In this document: piece by piece, positions 38,350-52,600 of the stretch
How the letters are laid out: each line of letters starts with the position of its first letter
How positions within the stretch are numbered: the stretch's first letter is position 1
Origin: Gordius albopunctatus
Taxonomy: Eukaryota
Direction: 5' to 3'
Assembly: GCA_964276515.1 (NCBI GenBank)
Contig: OZ193909.1
Span: 10,416,001-10,480,000, forward strand
Length of the DNA stretch: 64,000 nucleotides
Made by a program: the position numbers and the translations under genes
The notes under the pieces: generated by a model
Told to the model about the DNA's origin: nothing
The model's input: the letters and a program-made list of their open reading frames with translations, nothing else
Database searches by the model: none

Positions 38350-39720
38350 TATGGGCGTAGCCAGCTTTCGGATTAGGAGGGAGCGAGCAAAAAAAATTCG
38401 CCGAGACTAAGTGAGAGCAAAAAAAGGTCGCCAAGACCTTTTTTTGGTATTTAACGTTAGTAATTAAAATATTTTGCTATTCTTTGGCCTCAACCCACAT
38501 AAAAACTCATTATTAATCAACAGTGTACAGAGGATATGTAAACGATGTTTATTAGATTATATATTTGTTTATAATAAAATTTTATATATTAATATTGTAA
38601 ATACAAAATTACGACTTAAGAGTCGAGTTTTGCGAAACCATTTATACGGTATAAAAAATTTGATGAATGTCGCAAAGTCCACCATGACAACAGCTTTTGT
38701 AGATAATGTGCCTATTAATATCCAAATTGTTTTATGGATTAATAAATTATCTATAATAATATTCTGTGCAACCCATAATTTAGCCCTTAGAGAGATAAAT
38801 CCATGAGAAATCTAAAATATCAGATTTAGGACTTGTCTTAATATCGGGTTCAGATTCAAATTATGCGATAAATTTTTTTGTAAATAGTTTATTAAACTTC
38901 ATGCTTCAAATTTATATGTTATAGTAAATTTATCCAAACGTTTACTAGTTATGAATGTAAAAAGCTTAATTTATTAAATAAAGAAGTAATTTAATGATTT
39001 AATAGAGTTAAAAATAAATTCTGGAGACAATAAGATAAATTAAAAAAATGTCTACATATCTGCCCCCTCAAATTTAAAATGAAATATTATTTTGTGTCAA
39101 AATATGGTGCAAAAGTTATTATCTAAAGATGCAAAAAATCATAAGCCTATTAGATTTTGGTAGATGAACCAGTTGACGTTTTGGGTAAAGAACAAGTTTT
39201 TTTGAGAAAGAGAAAGATATTATTTGAGAGGATTTTATAGGTTGAACAACATCGACGCAGGTTAATAGCACGAACAATTGATTCTTTCTTAACTCAAGAA
39301 TTATTCTATTGCTGGTAAAATTCATGGACTTCAAAAACTAATTAGTGACAAATATGAAAAATAAATCTCGTTTTAAATGATTTGAATTCAATAGCTTCTA
39401 TTCATAATTAAATTTTTTTTCATCAATCAGCTATCAGGAAAAATTACTACCAAACCTCATTGCTTACTGTGAAACGAGATGGTCTAAGAAGTATCATTTG
39501 TATAAATAATAAATGCTTTAGAAAAACTATTTGGGAAGGCAAATCACAGAAAAACTTCTTCTCAGCATCATGTTGCCAATTTAAAATACCTAATTACAAA
39601 AATATAACAAAATTTTAGAACCAATCTGTGATATGCGAGTCAAACACAGAGAAGTATATAAAGGAGATGAACTCCTGATGGAAATTATTGCAGAAGGTCA
39701 GCAAATTGTTGGCAATCAGT
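38350..39720 (+). mobile_element. Heavily deleted hAT copy, inverted relative to 39817-42250
   Basis: TIR-like ATGGGCGTAGCCAG at 38351. Blocks match the neighbouring transposase (FVDNVP, IIFCATHNLALR, CCAAACCTCATTGCTTACTGTGAAACGAGATGGTC). Confidence 0.75.
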
Positions 39721-39816
39721 TTGTCCTAAAAATAGATAGGGGGCATGTGAGTGTAAAATATTAAAAAAAACGTTTATAAATTTTTTAAGATCTCCTATCA
39801 ATGCTTGGCTTTATAA

Positions 39817-42250
39817 TCACATTAAAGTAATTTTTCTAGGATTTTTGGCAAACTGTTCAAGAACTTCAGACTGGATATATTCTGTATTTTCCTTCACTAA
39901 ATTTCTATGAATACTCATTAGACACAATCCATTCAACCGATGTTCTGTCATTGTGGACCTTAGCCACTTTTTAACTCTTCTTAACGTACTAAATGACCTG
40001 TCAATTGTACTCGTTGTACAAGGCTGCGCTAGGGAGATGAGTAAAGCATTTTTTATATTTGGAAAAAAAGTTTGTGTTTCAAGCAGTACTGTCCTCATTT
40101 CCATATTCTCCAATGTATCCTTATCTAATTTTTTCTCAAGCCATATATTGTACCAAACTTCTATTTCCGTATTCAGATCTTCAATTTCATAAAAATTTAT
40201 CGAAGTTTGTATATTTTGTTTTATTTTTTTAATTGGAAAATTTAACATTATATGAGGATGTAAGTAATGTAATAAATATGCCGGAATGTTGTGCTCTGAG
40301 AATCGGTCCTCTAATGATGTAATAAAAGAATCCAGATAGGGAATTAAGATGGATATTTTCCAATAATCAGAGGGGGAGTTCGCAGGAGGATTAGAGCGGT
40401 GCTTTTGCCGTTGCGCAAATCGTGGAGGATTCAATTCTATATCTGAATTGCCAGCAATTTGCTGACTCTCTGCAAAAATTTCCATCATGATTTCATCGAC
40501 ATTTTTACGATGATACTTAACGGTGTTTATAATGCGCTTCATATGATAATGGCATTGCATCAAATCTAAATTTTTGGATTGCAAAATATCACAGACTGGT
40601 TCTAAAATTTTATAATATTTTGATATTATAACAGAGGATATTATAAATTGTGGTGAGGTGCAAGCACAATGAAGCTGAAAAGAAGTTTTTCTGGTAATTG
40701 AATTGCCTTCCTCACATAGTTTTTCTAAAGCATTTACTATTTCTACAAAATTCTTTGTAAAAATACTTATACTATAATACTTCTGGGACCATCTCGTTTC
40801 ACAGTAAGCAATGAGGTTTGGTACATATTTTCGCCTGATAGTTGATTCACGGAAAAAATTTATTATATATTTTATTGTAGCTGTTGTATTACGAATACAA
40901 GCTATTGAATTTAGATCATTCACAGCGAGATTTAAACGATGACTCGAACAATGAAAATATAAAGCCTTTTTATATTTATCTCTAATTATTTTTTGAACTC
41001 CATGATCTTTGCCAGCCATAGAGGCACAGCCATCATATCCTTGTCCAACACATTTTTGAGGGTCCATTGATGCTCGAGTTAAGAAAGAGTCAATTGTTTG
41101 TGCTATCGAACCTGCATCCATGTTGTTCAATTCTTCAAAACCAAGAAACTCTTCTCGAATAATATCTTTCTTTTCGTCAAAAAATCTTAACCCTATGGAT
41201 AATTGTTCTTTACCTGATATGTCAGCTGTTTAATCTGCCAAAATCGAATAGGCTGATGAGTTTTTTACATCTTTAAATAATAAATTTTGTACAACATTTC
41301 CGCACAAAACAATAAGTTCATTTTGAATTTGAGGGGATAGATATGTAGACTTTTTTTTAAATTTTCTTCTAAATGTTGCTTTAAATCATTGTCTCCTGAA
41401 TTTATTTTTAATTCTATCAAATCATTAAAAATACCTTCATGGATTTATTTGCCCCTAAGGGCTAAATCATGGGTTGCACAAAATATTATAGTGGAAATAA
41501 TAGATTTAAGAATTTTTTTATTACTTTCAATAAGTTCGCGATGAGCTGAAACAAGTTGAACATTAACCGGTACATTATCAACAAATACTTTGGCAGCCTT
41601 GGTAGCAGCCAAATGATACCTGCCTTCACGGTGGATTTTGCTATAAACATGAAACTTTTTAAACCGTATTAATGGAGTCGCACAAAAAGCCCCTAAAACA
41701 CCTTGTACATTGTTTGGTGGGAAAATAACACAATATAAGCATAGAGCACCTTTTAAGTGCGAGGAATAATACAACCATGGCTTGTAAGCCTCAAGCCACG
41801 AGTATTCAAATACTCGTTTTTGGTCTGGCGCATCTGCGTAGAAGTCTTAGTTCGGCAGTGGCTGCCAACATTGATTTAAAATCGCCTATTTACGTTCCGT
41901 AGTTAATTTTTCCTTTAAATAAAGTCCCAGATCAAAATCTGAAATACCATGGCCTTTATAATATTATTTAAAATGCGTTATATTTCAAATAAATCAAAAT
42001 CTTAACAATTATATTAGTTTCAAATTGTACCTTTATAAGGTTCTCTAACTGGCTGATCGTCTTCAAAATCTTTATCTTTGTTTCTACTTCTTCCTGCAAT
42101 TAAAAATTTAACAAAATGTAATTCAATACAAGATTTGAAATAAATGTTATATTTAAAATTCAAAATTATATTAAAAACATTAATCTATTTTTTTACCTAA
42201 ACTTGAATTATCACTTTCAGACTCAATATCTAATCGACCCAGTTCACTAT
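39817..42250 (-). pseudogene. hAT transposase pseudogene (ZMYM1/P52rIPK-like: TTF zinc finger, DUF4371, hATC dimerisation domain)
   Basis: GALCLYCVIF, LALRG, LAD*TADISGKEQLS (nonsense codon at ~41230), GQGYDGCASMAG, YFHCSSHRLNL, CETRW and DRSFSTLRRVKKWLRSTM. 5' boundary is approximate. Confidence 0.9.
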
Positions 42251-43015
42251 TTTTTTTTAAATGCTGCCCCAAACGAAAGCGAGTGCGGGTGCAATTGTGC
42301 TCCTGTTTTGCGGACTTTAAGAGTTTTACAATTTATTAATTTATTCGAAATTGTATTATATCGCATATTTAACAAATTAAATTTCTACTGGTTTACTATA
42401 TATAACGTACATCTATGTTCCCGGTGGAGAAGATAACAAGGCAGGAAATTGGTTACTATCGATAGACAATAAAAATAATCTAACCGCGATATTTCACATT
42501 ATTCACGCATTTACTTTATCAATCAACGATTAATCTTTACACTTTTAAACTCGTCGCTTAATAAATAAACTATAGAAAAACACTAAAACGATTGAAGTTG
42601 AAGTTTAATAAGATTAGAAGTTTAAAAACACAGACAGGTAATTTGATTAAAGAATTACAATAGAATATTTAAATAATTATAAAATATTTAATTCGGCGTT
42701 TTTAGGAATATTGTCATCTCCCGTTACTATCTTAATATTTCAAACACTTTTAGATATATCTTTACTATCGTAAGTTTAATCAAATATAATGATCAAATTA
42801 CAATTAATTTTCATTAAAATATATTAAATTAGTTAAATAATTTTAATTATTATTTTGTATTATTGTATTGGTTGTCATAGTACTCCTTATTCAATTTTTT
42901 ACTCTTCTTTTCTCATTGCTTATATATAACACTTTAATATGATAGTGAGTTATGGAAATAGAAGAATCAAGCATAAATGTAGCAAGCACATCATGCATGA
43001 AAATTTTTTTTATTT

Positions 43016-43150
43016 CCAAAATATGCTAATATGTTTAAACTTAAAGATAATCAGCATAATACACTTAATTTTGAGGTGCAATGTCTTTTATACAAAGCCA
43101 AACTCAAGACTTCTTCTAGATCTTGTTTCAATTTGACTAGGCATCTAAAG
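43016..43150 (+). pseudogene. BED zinc-finger relic, probably hAT-derived
   Basis: PKYANMFKLK...FEVQCLLYKAKLKTSSRSCFNLTRHLK followed by a GTAATT donor-like site; the second Cys is replaced by Tyr. Confidence 0.45.
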
Positions 43151-43681
43151 GTAATTTTGTTACTTATTTTTTATTTAATAATTAAGTAAATAAAAAATTT
43201 ATAGAGATTTTTTATAGTGCAATCAAATTTTATGTGCGGGTGCGAGTGCGCGCACTTTTAATATTAAATTTAAAATTAATATACTTGTGCATAATTTAAT
43301 GAATCCTAAGAGGATTTTAAGGTGTTTTTAGATATAGGCATATTCTCTTGTTTGTTTTTTACATTTGTCATCCATGTTGTTTTACAAATGCCTATTCTTG
43401 CCACGTAAACAAACAAATTACCGAACGTGTTTGTAATAGTAATTATAAGTAACGCATTTTTGAAAATGGTTGCGCTTACTAAAATAAATGGTAGGTGTAG
43501 CCATGGCCCTAAATTACCGAGACCTTTTGACATATGTTTTGCGAAATTATCTATAAATTTGATTGGTTTTCCAAGCATTGAACTTTCTGGGGTTTGAACA
43601 AAAGCGAACTTTTTTTTCGATCGATACTCCTCCGCAATTTGTAATCACATTGAGTAAAATATCTTAATCTCGTACTAAAAT

Positions 43682-46600
43682 ATGGAATCTGCTGTGGACA
43701 ATGCGACTATCCTTGTTTCGGAGGAAATACCAGCGCTTCAGACTCCAGCGAAATTAATTTCTTTAGATAAATTTTGCTTATACATACAAAAAATAATATT
43801 CACACTTATTGATGAAGAAAATTTGGAAAATGATTTGGCTCATCAAACAATCAATGCCAATGTACAAAAAGCATTAGATGACAAGGATAATTTAGAAAAA
43901 ATAAAAAAATTTGCCTTTGACCCTCAAACTTCATCTTTGCTGATACAAAAAGTTTATAACAAGGGTATATAATTTAGACATTAAACTTTATTTAATTACT
44001 CCAATAACAAAACCTTAATATAGTTAAGAGCAACTAAAATATTACTTTATTATCTGTTTGTTTTTTACAATAAATTAGACGAAGAGGAACTTGGTGATGG
44101 TAGGGGTGATGCTTCATTACCCGAAGATAATGAGTTTAATGAAAATTTTTCTTTAGTGTTTGCAAATGAAATTCATTACACTGGTGAAAGAGTTACCAGG
44201 TTTTTATATTTATACATTTAAAATGTATATTTCATATCATATTTCTATAGAATTAAAAAATATATAATAAAATTGATTTAAAAATATTATTGACAAGATA
44301 AAATTTTAATTTTGTGAACACTAGAATGTATATTTTTAAATCAAATTTTTATATCATTAAAAATATACAATACAATCTTATTATGAAATATTATTGATAT
44401 TGTTAACATATTTTATTTAAAATTTATAAATTGTTTTCTTTTAGCATTGGATTGATTAAAAAAGGTACTGTTCTTGAAGCAGACAAAAAGCTTTCTCATC
44501 AAGTACGCCAAATCAATCTTAGTGATGATTCACCCTATGAAACCCTAAGGGCTTACGTAAGTGAAGCTGTGGCCCCTTATTTCAAATCCTATGTCAGACA
44601 TTCCTATGTTAATGAAAGGTAATCATTATGCTTGTTAGATTTTTGTATAATTGTTTTATAATATTATTTAAGATTTTTAGGTACTGATTATGATGTGTTA
44701 AAGAATTTATTGCAAAAAATCCACTTATTTGTACCAGTGGATTTTTTTTGTTTACAATACTAACGTTTATAGAAGAAATGCAAGAAATCAATAACAATGT
44801 TTTTCACATTAATTTTACATGAAAAGTGTTAAAACAAAGTAGTTATCTGTATTCCATTAAAGACAATTTAATTGTCATATTTAAGCAGCTAGTTATGGCG
44901 TAGTATCAATTAAAGGCTAATGACCCTTAAAGTTTAAAAGAGGAGCCCAGCGATAAATCTATGCTTAAACCAGAATGTTTCATGCAAAAAATGAACAATC
45001 ATTTTTGTTGTGATTCACGCACAAATAATCAACTTTTGTCAAAGTTTAGGACAAAATTTCAAAGTGTAAAAGATAAACGTGTTGCCAATTTTTTAGATAT
45101 TTTTAAAATTTTGAGTCACCTATTTGATTTTGCTTAGAAAACTGTGTATTTTTATTTTTGTAAAAGTGTGCTGGCTATATTTGAAAGCATAACTGCAAGT
45201 GTGGGATGGATCTAGGGAAGTAAAAGAGGTGGCATTTGTAACTTAAAACTTGGCAGTTTTTAAATTCTTAGATTAAAGGAGTAATATATTCGCAATTGAT
45301 TTTACGGGGCAAAACCCTTAAAAAATAGTTTGGTTTATAACTTCCGTCCTATATTTTCTTGCGGGGGGCTATATGTAGGGAAGGAGACAAGATGGCGCCA
45401 CTGGCGGAGAAAAAGATAGCGGAACTGGAGATGGCCCTGCTGCACCTGCAACAAAATATCGATATTCCCGAAATCACCTTACCCGTTCACGGTCACGTGA
45501 GTCACGTGATTGCCCGTTGCCGCGCCGAAGGTCGACGTCCCAAGATGGCCGACTTCGACGACCGCATCAACCACGACCCCGCCTTCCTCAACTCCCTCCA
45601 CAACCAAGTCAACCGATGGATTCGTGAAATACAAAAGGTTTACACCCCTTCCCCCCTCCTCCCTCAAGTTCATGTTGTTTTTCCTGCGTCTTAGGGCTTG
45701 TCTTAATATCGGATTTTGCTGCTCAGCAAAAATCCTCGTACGGGTTATATCATAGCCGTGTCTTAACTTCGTATTCACAGCAGATTTACATTTCACACGC
45801 ATAACAGAACGGCAATTTTGTAAGATGCAAATTTTTTTAGATTTAATCTCGAGAGTTGAAAAAAACAAAAAAAAAGTTTTTAACTATTAAATCACAAAAT
45901 GAGTTTGACCCATGAAACCGAATCTGATATATTTAGACAAATAAATTCGCGCTATTCAAATCTGAATCCGATATTAAGACAAGTCCTTAGATTTGTTTAC
46001 TCAATTTTTTTTATGGTGATTTCATCTCCACCTTTTTTCTTGGTGATAGGCTATATTTTCCCAAATTGCGCCCCATTTCTGGCTTTTATCAATCCAACCG
46101 CACCGCTTTTATACAACGACTTACACTGCGACACTTATTTTAGAAGATTAAAAGATTCTCCAATTGTTAAATCTATTCTGAACCTTTAGGCAATTACTTT
46201 AACCCATCCCTCATTCGTAAACTTTATTTTCAGGATGCTACTAGTATATATGGTTCAAAGGAACCACAAAACTTTAAATCGCTATAATTAAAGTGTTCTG
46301 ATATTGTTGTTAATTTAATTTATTAAATAGTTAATTAATATATTTTAATTCAAATGTCAAAATATGCCCATCCCTATATTTTATAACAATATGAGGGTTG
46401 TTATAATATCGCTTGTGTCACCAAATTTTAGAAATTCTTTTAATTCATATTTGCCTAAAAATATTTAATTTAAATTTCAAAAAATACCTATTAAAAATAT
46501 AATTTTATATATTAAAACTCACAATCCTTTCCCTCAACTCGAAACGCTTGGAATTAAACCAATGGTCCACCAACATAAGCATACTATGTTTTTAGTGCAT

Positions 46601-49600
46601 TTACGTACAATTAAATTTTTCATGTTAAACTTGCCTTTTAGTCGCCCCCCTCACTTCCATCAAATACTTTTTTTATAACATTTTCAAAATTTACTCTTGC
46701 AAGGTGACAAAATTGGACAGAGACCCATCATCTGGGAGCGCGCTGCAAGAGATTACATTTTGGCTAAACATGGAACATGCCCTGTTAAAAATCCAAGAAA
46801 TGCGGGATAGCCTGGAAGTCACCCTGTCGTTGGATATTTTAAAACAAGGCAAAAGATTTCACGCCACCGTCAGTTTTGATACCGACACAGGTTATTACAA
46901 TATTTAATAAACTTGATTTTATTTACGTTAATTTATTTATATAGAATTTTGAGTTGAATCTTTTAAAATCATTGGTCAATTTTTAAAAATATTTTACAAC
47001 GAATCAATCAAGGCTTAAAACAAGCCATAGACATGGTCACCAATTACAATCACCTCATGAAAGATTTTCCCATAAATGAACTTCTATCCGCTTCGACTCC
47101 CGACCAAATAACCCGGGCGCTAAATCTAATATTTGCCCACATGCGTAAGGTTCGAAGCACACGGTACCCCCTGAGTCGAACGTTGAGGCTGCTAGAAGCC
47201 CTTTCTCGAGACCTGAGTGCCCAGCTCAAAAAAGTGCTCTCTCACAAGACTAATTTATTAGCCTTACCCTACGAAGAATTTGAAAGGGTAAATGGCTTTA
47301 AAATTTAGGAATGTAAAGAAATTTAAGGAATTTGAAAACAAATTAAATGTCGTTGCTGATTTTGAATGCTTTCCAATAATTTATAGTTTCTATAAATTGT
47401 TCAATATAAATTTTTTCAAACGATTATTTTATAATTCAGATCTATTAATTTAGGGGCTTATATACTCACTCTGACCGAATGGCCTTTGTTTAACGTGAAA
47501 ATTTGGCAAAATTGTTGAAACAGTATAATATTTTTTTTTAATAATTCACGGCGTGACTTTCAAACAATAAAAATAAAAAGTTCTCACCTTTTGTTAATAC
47601 ACTTGATAAAATCACAATGTATTTCCAAACTTAGATTTACAACAAAATTCTAATGCAACTTTTCCGTTCAAATGCCCTAGCAAAAAATAATTTTAGTTAA
47701 TATAAATGTGACTGGTTTAATTGAATTATCCCGCAAAATTAATAAAACAAATAACTGGACTTTTGATTATTGAATTGTCTTAAATCTAGTTCCTTATTTT
47801 CTCATTAGACCATGCTCTCCGCCTCCTACGTTTTTTCCACCTGGGACGATCAATACGAAAAATTGATAAATTTGATCCGGGAAATGAATAAGAAAAAGAC
47901 CGACCCTTACAAACTAACCATGCGGGTCATTTTGGTTCACAAAAAGCTCAGTCATCGCCTGGCAACGCTGGAAAAGTAAGTGCCTTACATAAACTCATAC
48001 AATCCCCAACGCCTTGCTCACGCATATGTATATTACCCTCAAATTTAATCTTAATGAGGATTTTTTAATCGTCAAATGTGAACTTTTCATTTATAAAATA
48101 TAAAAGATTGCCAGGAAATAATTTGGATTCATATTTCTAATTATTTTCCACATAATCCAACCTAATATCTTTAAAATGAATTAAGAAATTGACGTATCTC
48201 TTTTTTTCAGGTTCAGAAAACAACACGAACAATTAAGGGTAGTTATATCGAGCGTGCTTAGACAAACCAGCACCCAAACTAACAATCAACACCAACAACA
48301 ACCACCTGATACGGCTCAGCCTTTAGCCGAACCCGAACCTGGCTTTGCCGAAATAACCGATGTTAGTGCCATTAAAGAAATTAACTCCGCTTTCGAAGGC
48401 TTAAAGGAGGCCATCACCGACCCCCTTGACGTTGGCAAGGAGGGCATAGATGCATGGGACTTAGCTATCAAAAAGTGAACCGCCTTAGAATACTTTTTAA
48501 AGCCAAGATTAAACTAACCTTAACAGAAAATTTATTTTAAAATTACACCTTAAACTTGGTTAAAATGCAAAAAATTTATTTATACAATAATAACCTTTTA
48601 TACAAATTTAAAATACACTCGCGTCTCTTAATTAGACCCGAAGTAAAATACTATAACAATTCATTAGTGTTGTAAAAACGGCTGGGTTTGGATTGGTCGA
48701 CCTTTTAGTTGATTAAAAATAAAAAGACCAAAGGTTTTGTGAGCTCTTAGAAATTTTCACTTAAACCAAAGGTCGACCAATCAAAACCCATCTGTTTTTG
48801 CAACACTACAATCCATATAATAATTTTGTTTCCTAATAATGATATTGCAAATAATCAGTAGATGTTTTTAATCTAATCGATCAAATAAAATTTGTAAAAT
48901 TTTGCCCTTTTGTTTTTGAGAAGAATCATATGTATACCTAAATTTTTTGTTTTCTAAGGCAGTGTTCAGTATTATTAGCTTGAATTATTAAATGCTTTAT
49001 AAAATCACTTAATTTTTTGCTGGTGAACCCTTAAGTTAAAACATCTTTCCTTAATAAATATAAACCTGTTTTAGTCAACCAAAACTTAGTAAGATGGTTT
49101 GTAATCGAAGATTTTATTATTTTTTATATTATAGAACCAATATTTATAATTTGTTATAAAGTTGGAGAATAGCTAGATAGCTTTTATGCCTAAATGCGAA
49201 AAATTAAAAGGGTTGATAATAATTTTGGGGGTTTATAGGTACGAAGAGAGAATCGATCGTGTTGAAGCTAGGATCACTGCTCAGTTGAGAGATCAATTGG
49301 GAACGGCCAAAAATGCGAAAGAAATGTTCAAGATTTTTTCTCGCTACAACGCGCTCTTCATTAGACCCAGAATTAGGGGAGCCATACGCGAGTACCAAAC
49401 TCAATTGATACAACACGTTAAAAAAGACATTGAAGCTCTAAAGGACAAGTTTAAGGTACTTTGCTGCTTTCGACTGTTTCCGATATCTACACATACAGGA
49501 GTTTCCCTATTTACACTATGAAAATGAGATACTGGCTGAGATTAAAGTTTTGAAAATATTACTTCCCTGCGGTCAATTTAATTTTTGCTATAAAAACTTT

Positions 49601-52600
49601 GAAGCATTGAAAATCGCCATTGCGAATGATTTGACATTTTAAATTAAATTTCAAGGCTCATAAAATATACATTTTGAATAAAACTAGAGTTTAACGCCTT
49701 CTTTTCAACGAATATCGGTACTGAATGATTTGCAAGTTCTCATATGGTGAACAAGTGACGCCACTTCTAATATTGGAAATTTGTTATTCTCCCATTTTAT
49801 TAACCCTGAGTTATATGAATATTTTCACTTTAGTCTCTCAAATATACTTTTCCATGGAACCTCATTCATTTTTATTTTCAACCCAGCTACACATTATTTT
49901 CAATATTTTATTTACTACTAAAATTTAACTATACCTTCAGCATCGTTAATGTTAGGGCGCGTTGTTTTATCCCCAGTGGAACATACAAAATTCGAGGAAA
50001 AATATTACAGCGGCTGTAACATTTAATATTAAAACAATTGCGAGATCATTAATGAAATTAATGAAGAGGACATATTACCAATGCAATCTCTCGATATCGA
50101 TTGATTCTTATAAAGTTTTATTCTTTCTTAACCTCAGGTTCCCTATAGCCAAACAAGTGCCTGTAAAGTAACCCAAGTTCGCGATATACCCCCTGTCTCC
50201 GGACACATTTTATGGGTGAGGCAAATAGAACGACGCCTAGATACTTACATGAAGAGGGTGGAAGATATATTGGGAAAAGATTGGGAAAATCATTTAGAAG
50301 GTCGAGCTTTGAAAACCGAAGGCGACGCCTTTAGGTATGACCTTAAAATAATTATACAATTCATCGAAATTATTTTCGTATCATTTATAGAGCTAGAGGC
50401 TTTCAACTTTAATATTTAACTCTTAACCTACCTAGAAAGCGCCGTAAGTTAAAAATTGTACTTTCTACCGTTTTGTAATTTTTGATTTACACCTTATTGT
50501 GAAATCTTTGAATTTTTTCCGACACAAATTTTTAGCTTTAAGCAAAACTCAAGTGCCTAGTAATTATTTTGCTCCGCTGCAAAATAGAAAAATTCTTTTA
50601 GAACTGAGCTGTGACTAAAGATTACATTTACAACTTTATAATATGATCTTTATATTGTTTGGGCCATACTTTTAATAGAGAAAGCTTGTTTTGTATAATA
50701 TAAAAGCTACACAATGGAGTCAAATAAAAAACCGTCAAATGTGTCTTTTACCTAACACAAATCTTGCATTTCGTGATTCGCTTGAATAATTTTTGTTTCG
50801 TATAGATTGTGTTTCAAATCGCCATTTCCCGCCGAAAATTGTGTATGTGCTTGATTATTATTACTAGGCTCCAATTACTCAACTCCGACATTTTATTCGA
50901 AGAATGGGCGGCTCGAGTTCAGGCCAGAAATTATAATGTATCAGGTCGGATATTTTCAATCGAATCAGTAAGAGTGGAATTGAGTACCATTAACCGGCTC
51001 GAATCGAACCCGCTTTCAGACACTTTGGCTCAGAGCCCAGCCGGGGCTGGGGCTGGTTTTAGATACAAACTTCGTGTCAATTTTTTACCCGAAATGATAA
51101 ACTTGGCTAAAGAAGTATGTGATACTATATTTTACAACTTTTCATTGTTTATCATATAGTTGAATTATAGTAGAAAATTACTCGATTTTTGCGTTTATAG
51201 TTTTAAATTATATTATGATACTTTGTTTTGTTGTTTTGTTTTATCCTCTTGATATACCGCCGACACGGAGTTGTATTTATCATATCTTTTCCTAGTGTTT
51301 AATTGTACATGATTTTTTTTGAAAATAAATAATGGTTTATTGATCTTCTGGAAAATCTTCTGCCTTTATTGACTATATTATTTTTAACTTGCTTCCATGA
51401 TAGAAAGGACTATTTATTAAAAATTTGCGAGAATGTCAAAATTCAAATTAATTTAGACTATTTTAATATATGCTAATTGTTTTGATTAATAACTCCCTTC
51501 TAAGTTTAAGGTAAATTTTATGACGATTAGAAAAAATTTTGTTATTCTATTATCGTTGATAGTATAATATCTATCAATTTTTTATGTAAAATGATTTTTA
51601 ATAATTTTCACATTATTTTCGACACACTATCATTAGGTACGTCTTCTGAAGAGTTTGGGTTACAGAATTTCGGTTCCAATAACTACCAACGCTAATAAGG
51701 TTAGCCAAGTCTATCACCTGGCCATCGTGTTGATTGAAAATGTGAAAGCATACGAACAAACCTGCTCAAAAATCTGTGATCAACCTAGTTTAGAATTGCT
51801 TGCAGCCAAACTGAGGCTCGACGTCCAGACTAAAATTTACGAGGTCTCCTATAAAAATTATACCTAAAACACTGATTGAATCGTACAAAACGGGTGCGCT
51901 TTTTTGTAAAAGGCCTTTTTTGTATTAAGGTTTTTTAAAGAATAGATTAGAGGTAAAATTTCTTTTAAGTTTTCTGCCCAAACCGGTTTGGTCCCATTTT
52001 ATAACTAAATATCCCATCCTAACCTTTAAAGCGTCCGCCCGGCCATGCCCGAATCATCCTTAATTGCCCCGCTCGAAATAATGTTTTTGAAATTTTTAGC
52101 ATTTTCGTTATATTTTCGAAAAATTTGGAATAATTATGATGTTTAAATTGAAAAAGTGGGAAAAAGCGTAGCGGGTATGGAAAAGCTAATAGCTAGCTCA
52201 ATTGTGATACTTGAAAAGAATGCGGAAGGCTGTTTAATGTATTAAAATCTAATTGTGCCATTCCTTTTTCCTTTTATCCAGGGTATAGGGCTGTCGTGGG
52301 AGCATTTCAAATTGGCGACTTATGTTTCCCAGTTTTCCGACAACGTCATCTTTTTCCAGGAAAAAGTAAAGATAAATTTTTTAGATTTTATCAATTTTTC
52401 CGCTCTAAATTTTTATCTTAAAATTCCATCAAATATATAAATTTTGACTTTCTTGTTCCTAATATAAGTAAGAAACCTTTTAGCGGCTTCCACGATTAAT
52501 TACTAAGCATCTAGTGGAAAGCGTGAAGCTTAGTTTTATCATTTGGAAGCTCGCTTTGATTTCCCTATAATTAAGCCATTCAAACCATGAATCTAGTAAC

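Noticed and set aside
11250..41250. In-frame stops in TE ORFs as evidence of a variant genetic code
   Set aside because: They co-occur with frameshifts and deletions, and all three host genes read cleanly in the standard code.
43306..43578. 90-aa ORF divergent from dynein
   Set aside because: No recognisable motif or supporting downstream exons.
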